A stretch of DNA of 62,009 bases, the filler included, from Sphacelaria rigidula (Eukaryota), in assembly GCA_964200075.2 (NCBI GenBank). It is 10 parts of 10 records of this genome, joined end to end, with 100 filler letters (N's around TTAATTAATTAA, not from the genome) between each part and the next. Parts side by side here need not be neighbours in the genome. Positions count along the whole stretch, not along the records: positions 55,900 to 62,009 come from CAXNAA020022157.1; 9 more parts are not named here. One strand, 5' to 3'. Position 1 is the first letter of the stretch. Each line of letters starts with the position of its first letter. Under the pieces are notes generated by a model. It ran no database searches, had not been told where the DNA came from, and saw only the letters and a list, made by a program, of their open reading frames with translations. The translations under genes were made by a program, and so were the position numbers. This document shows positions 61,769 to 62,009 of the stretch, one piece after another.

Positions 61769-62009
61769 TTATCCATAAAAGCGCTCACAATCACACGAGC
61801 CGGTTACGTTTTACTGCATGTTCCCATCTCTCTCAGGATAGATCAAAACCCATGGGCGTGTCCCGTTGCATTCAAGTCACTGCGGCGCTCAAAATGTGCG
61901 CCCTTCTTTGTTTCCCTGCGCCGTCAATTTGCTTGCTCGCCCCCCTCCCCCCCCCTCCTCCCCCTCCCCCCCCGGCGCGCGCCTGTTTTCAGATGGGATT
62001 TTTCGGGAC

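Overview
This is eukaryotic DNA, most likely from a brown alga (Phaeophyceae or a related stramenopile). That assignment is an inference from ~50% GC, short exons with kb-sized GT-AG introns, a flagellar/basal-body gene and the TE types. The window is not a contiguous locus. It holds ten unrelated contigs (nine of 6111 bp, the last 6110 bp) joined by artificial 100-bp N44-TTAATTAATTAA-N44 linkers, so nothing can be inferred from adjacency across linkers. Host genes recovered by manual splicing are a complete 3-exon SSNA1/DIP13 gene, partial importin-4, TFIIS and EMC3 genes, and four in-phase exons of a bacterial-type DUF7507/DUF11-like repeat protein. The rest is mostly mobile DNA: one decayed Ty1/copia, three Ty3/gypsy relics (two with chromodomains), LINE fragments, tRNA-derived SINE heads, a complete non-autonomous hAT element with an 8-bp TSD, several PIF/Harbinger-type MITEs and foldback MITEs. 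The most unusual items are (i) an array of alternately inverted, codon-constrained paralogous segments at 48878-49588, (ii) a degenerate minimal hammerhead-ribozyme-like fold at 43315-43361, (iii) the spliced DUF7507-like gene and (iv) a 670-bp head-to-head palindrome. No database searches were run; family assignments come from motif recognition only.
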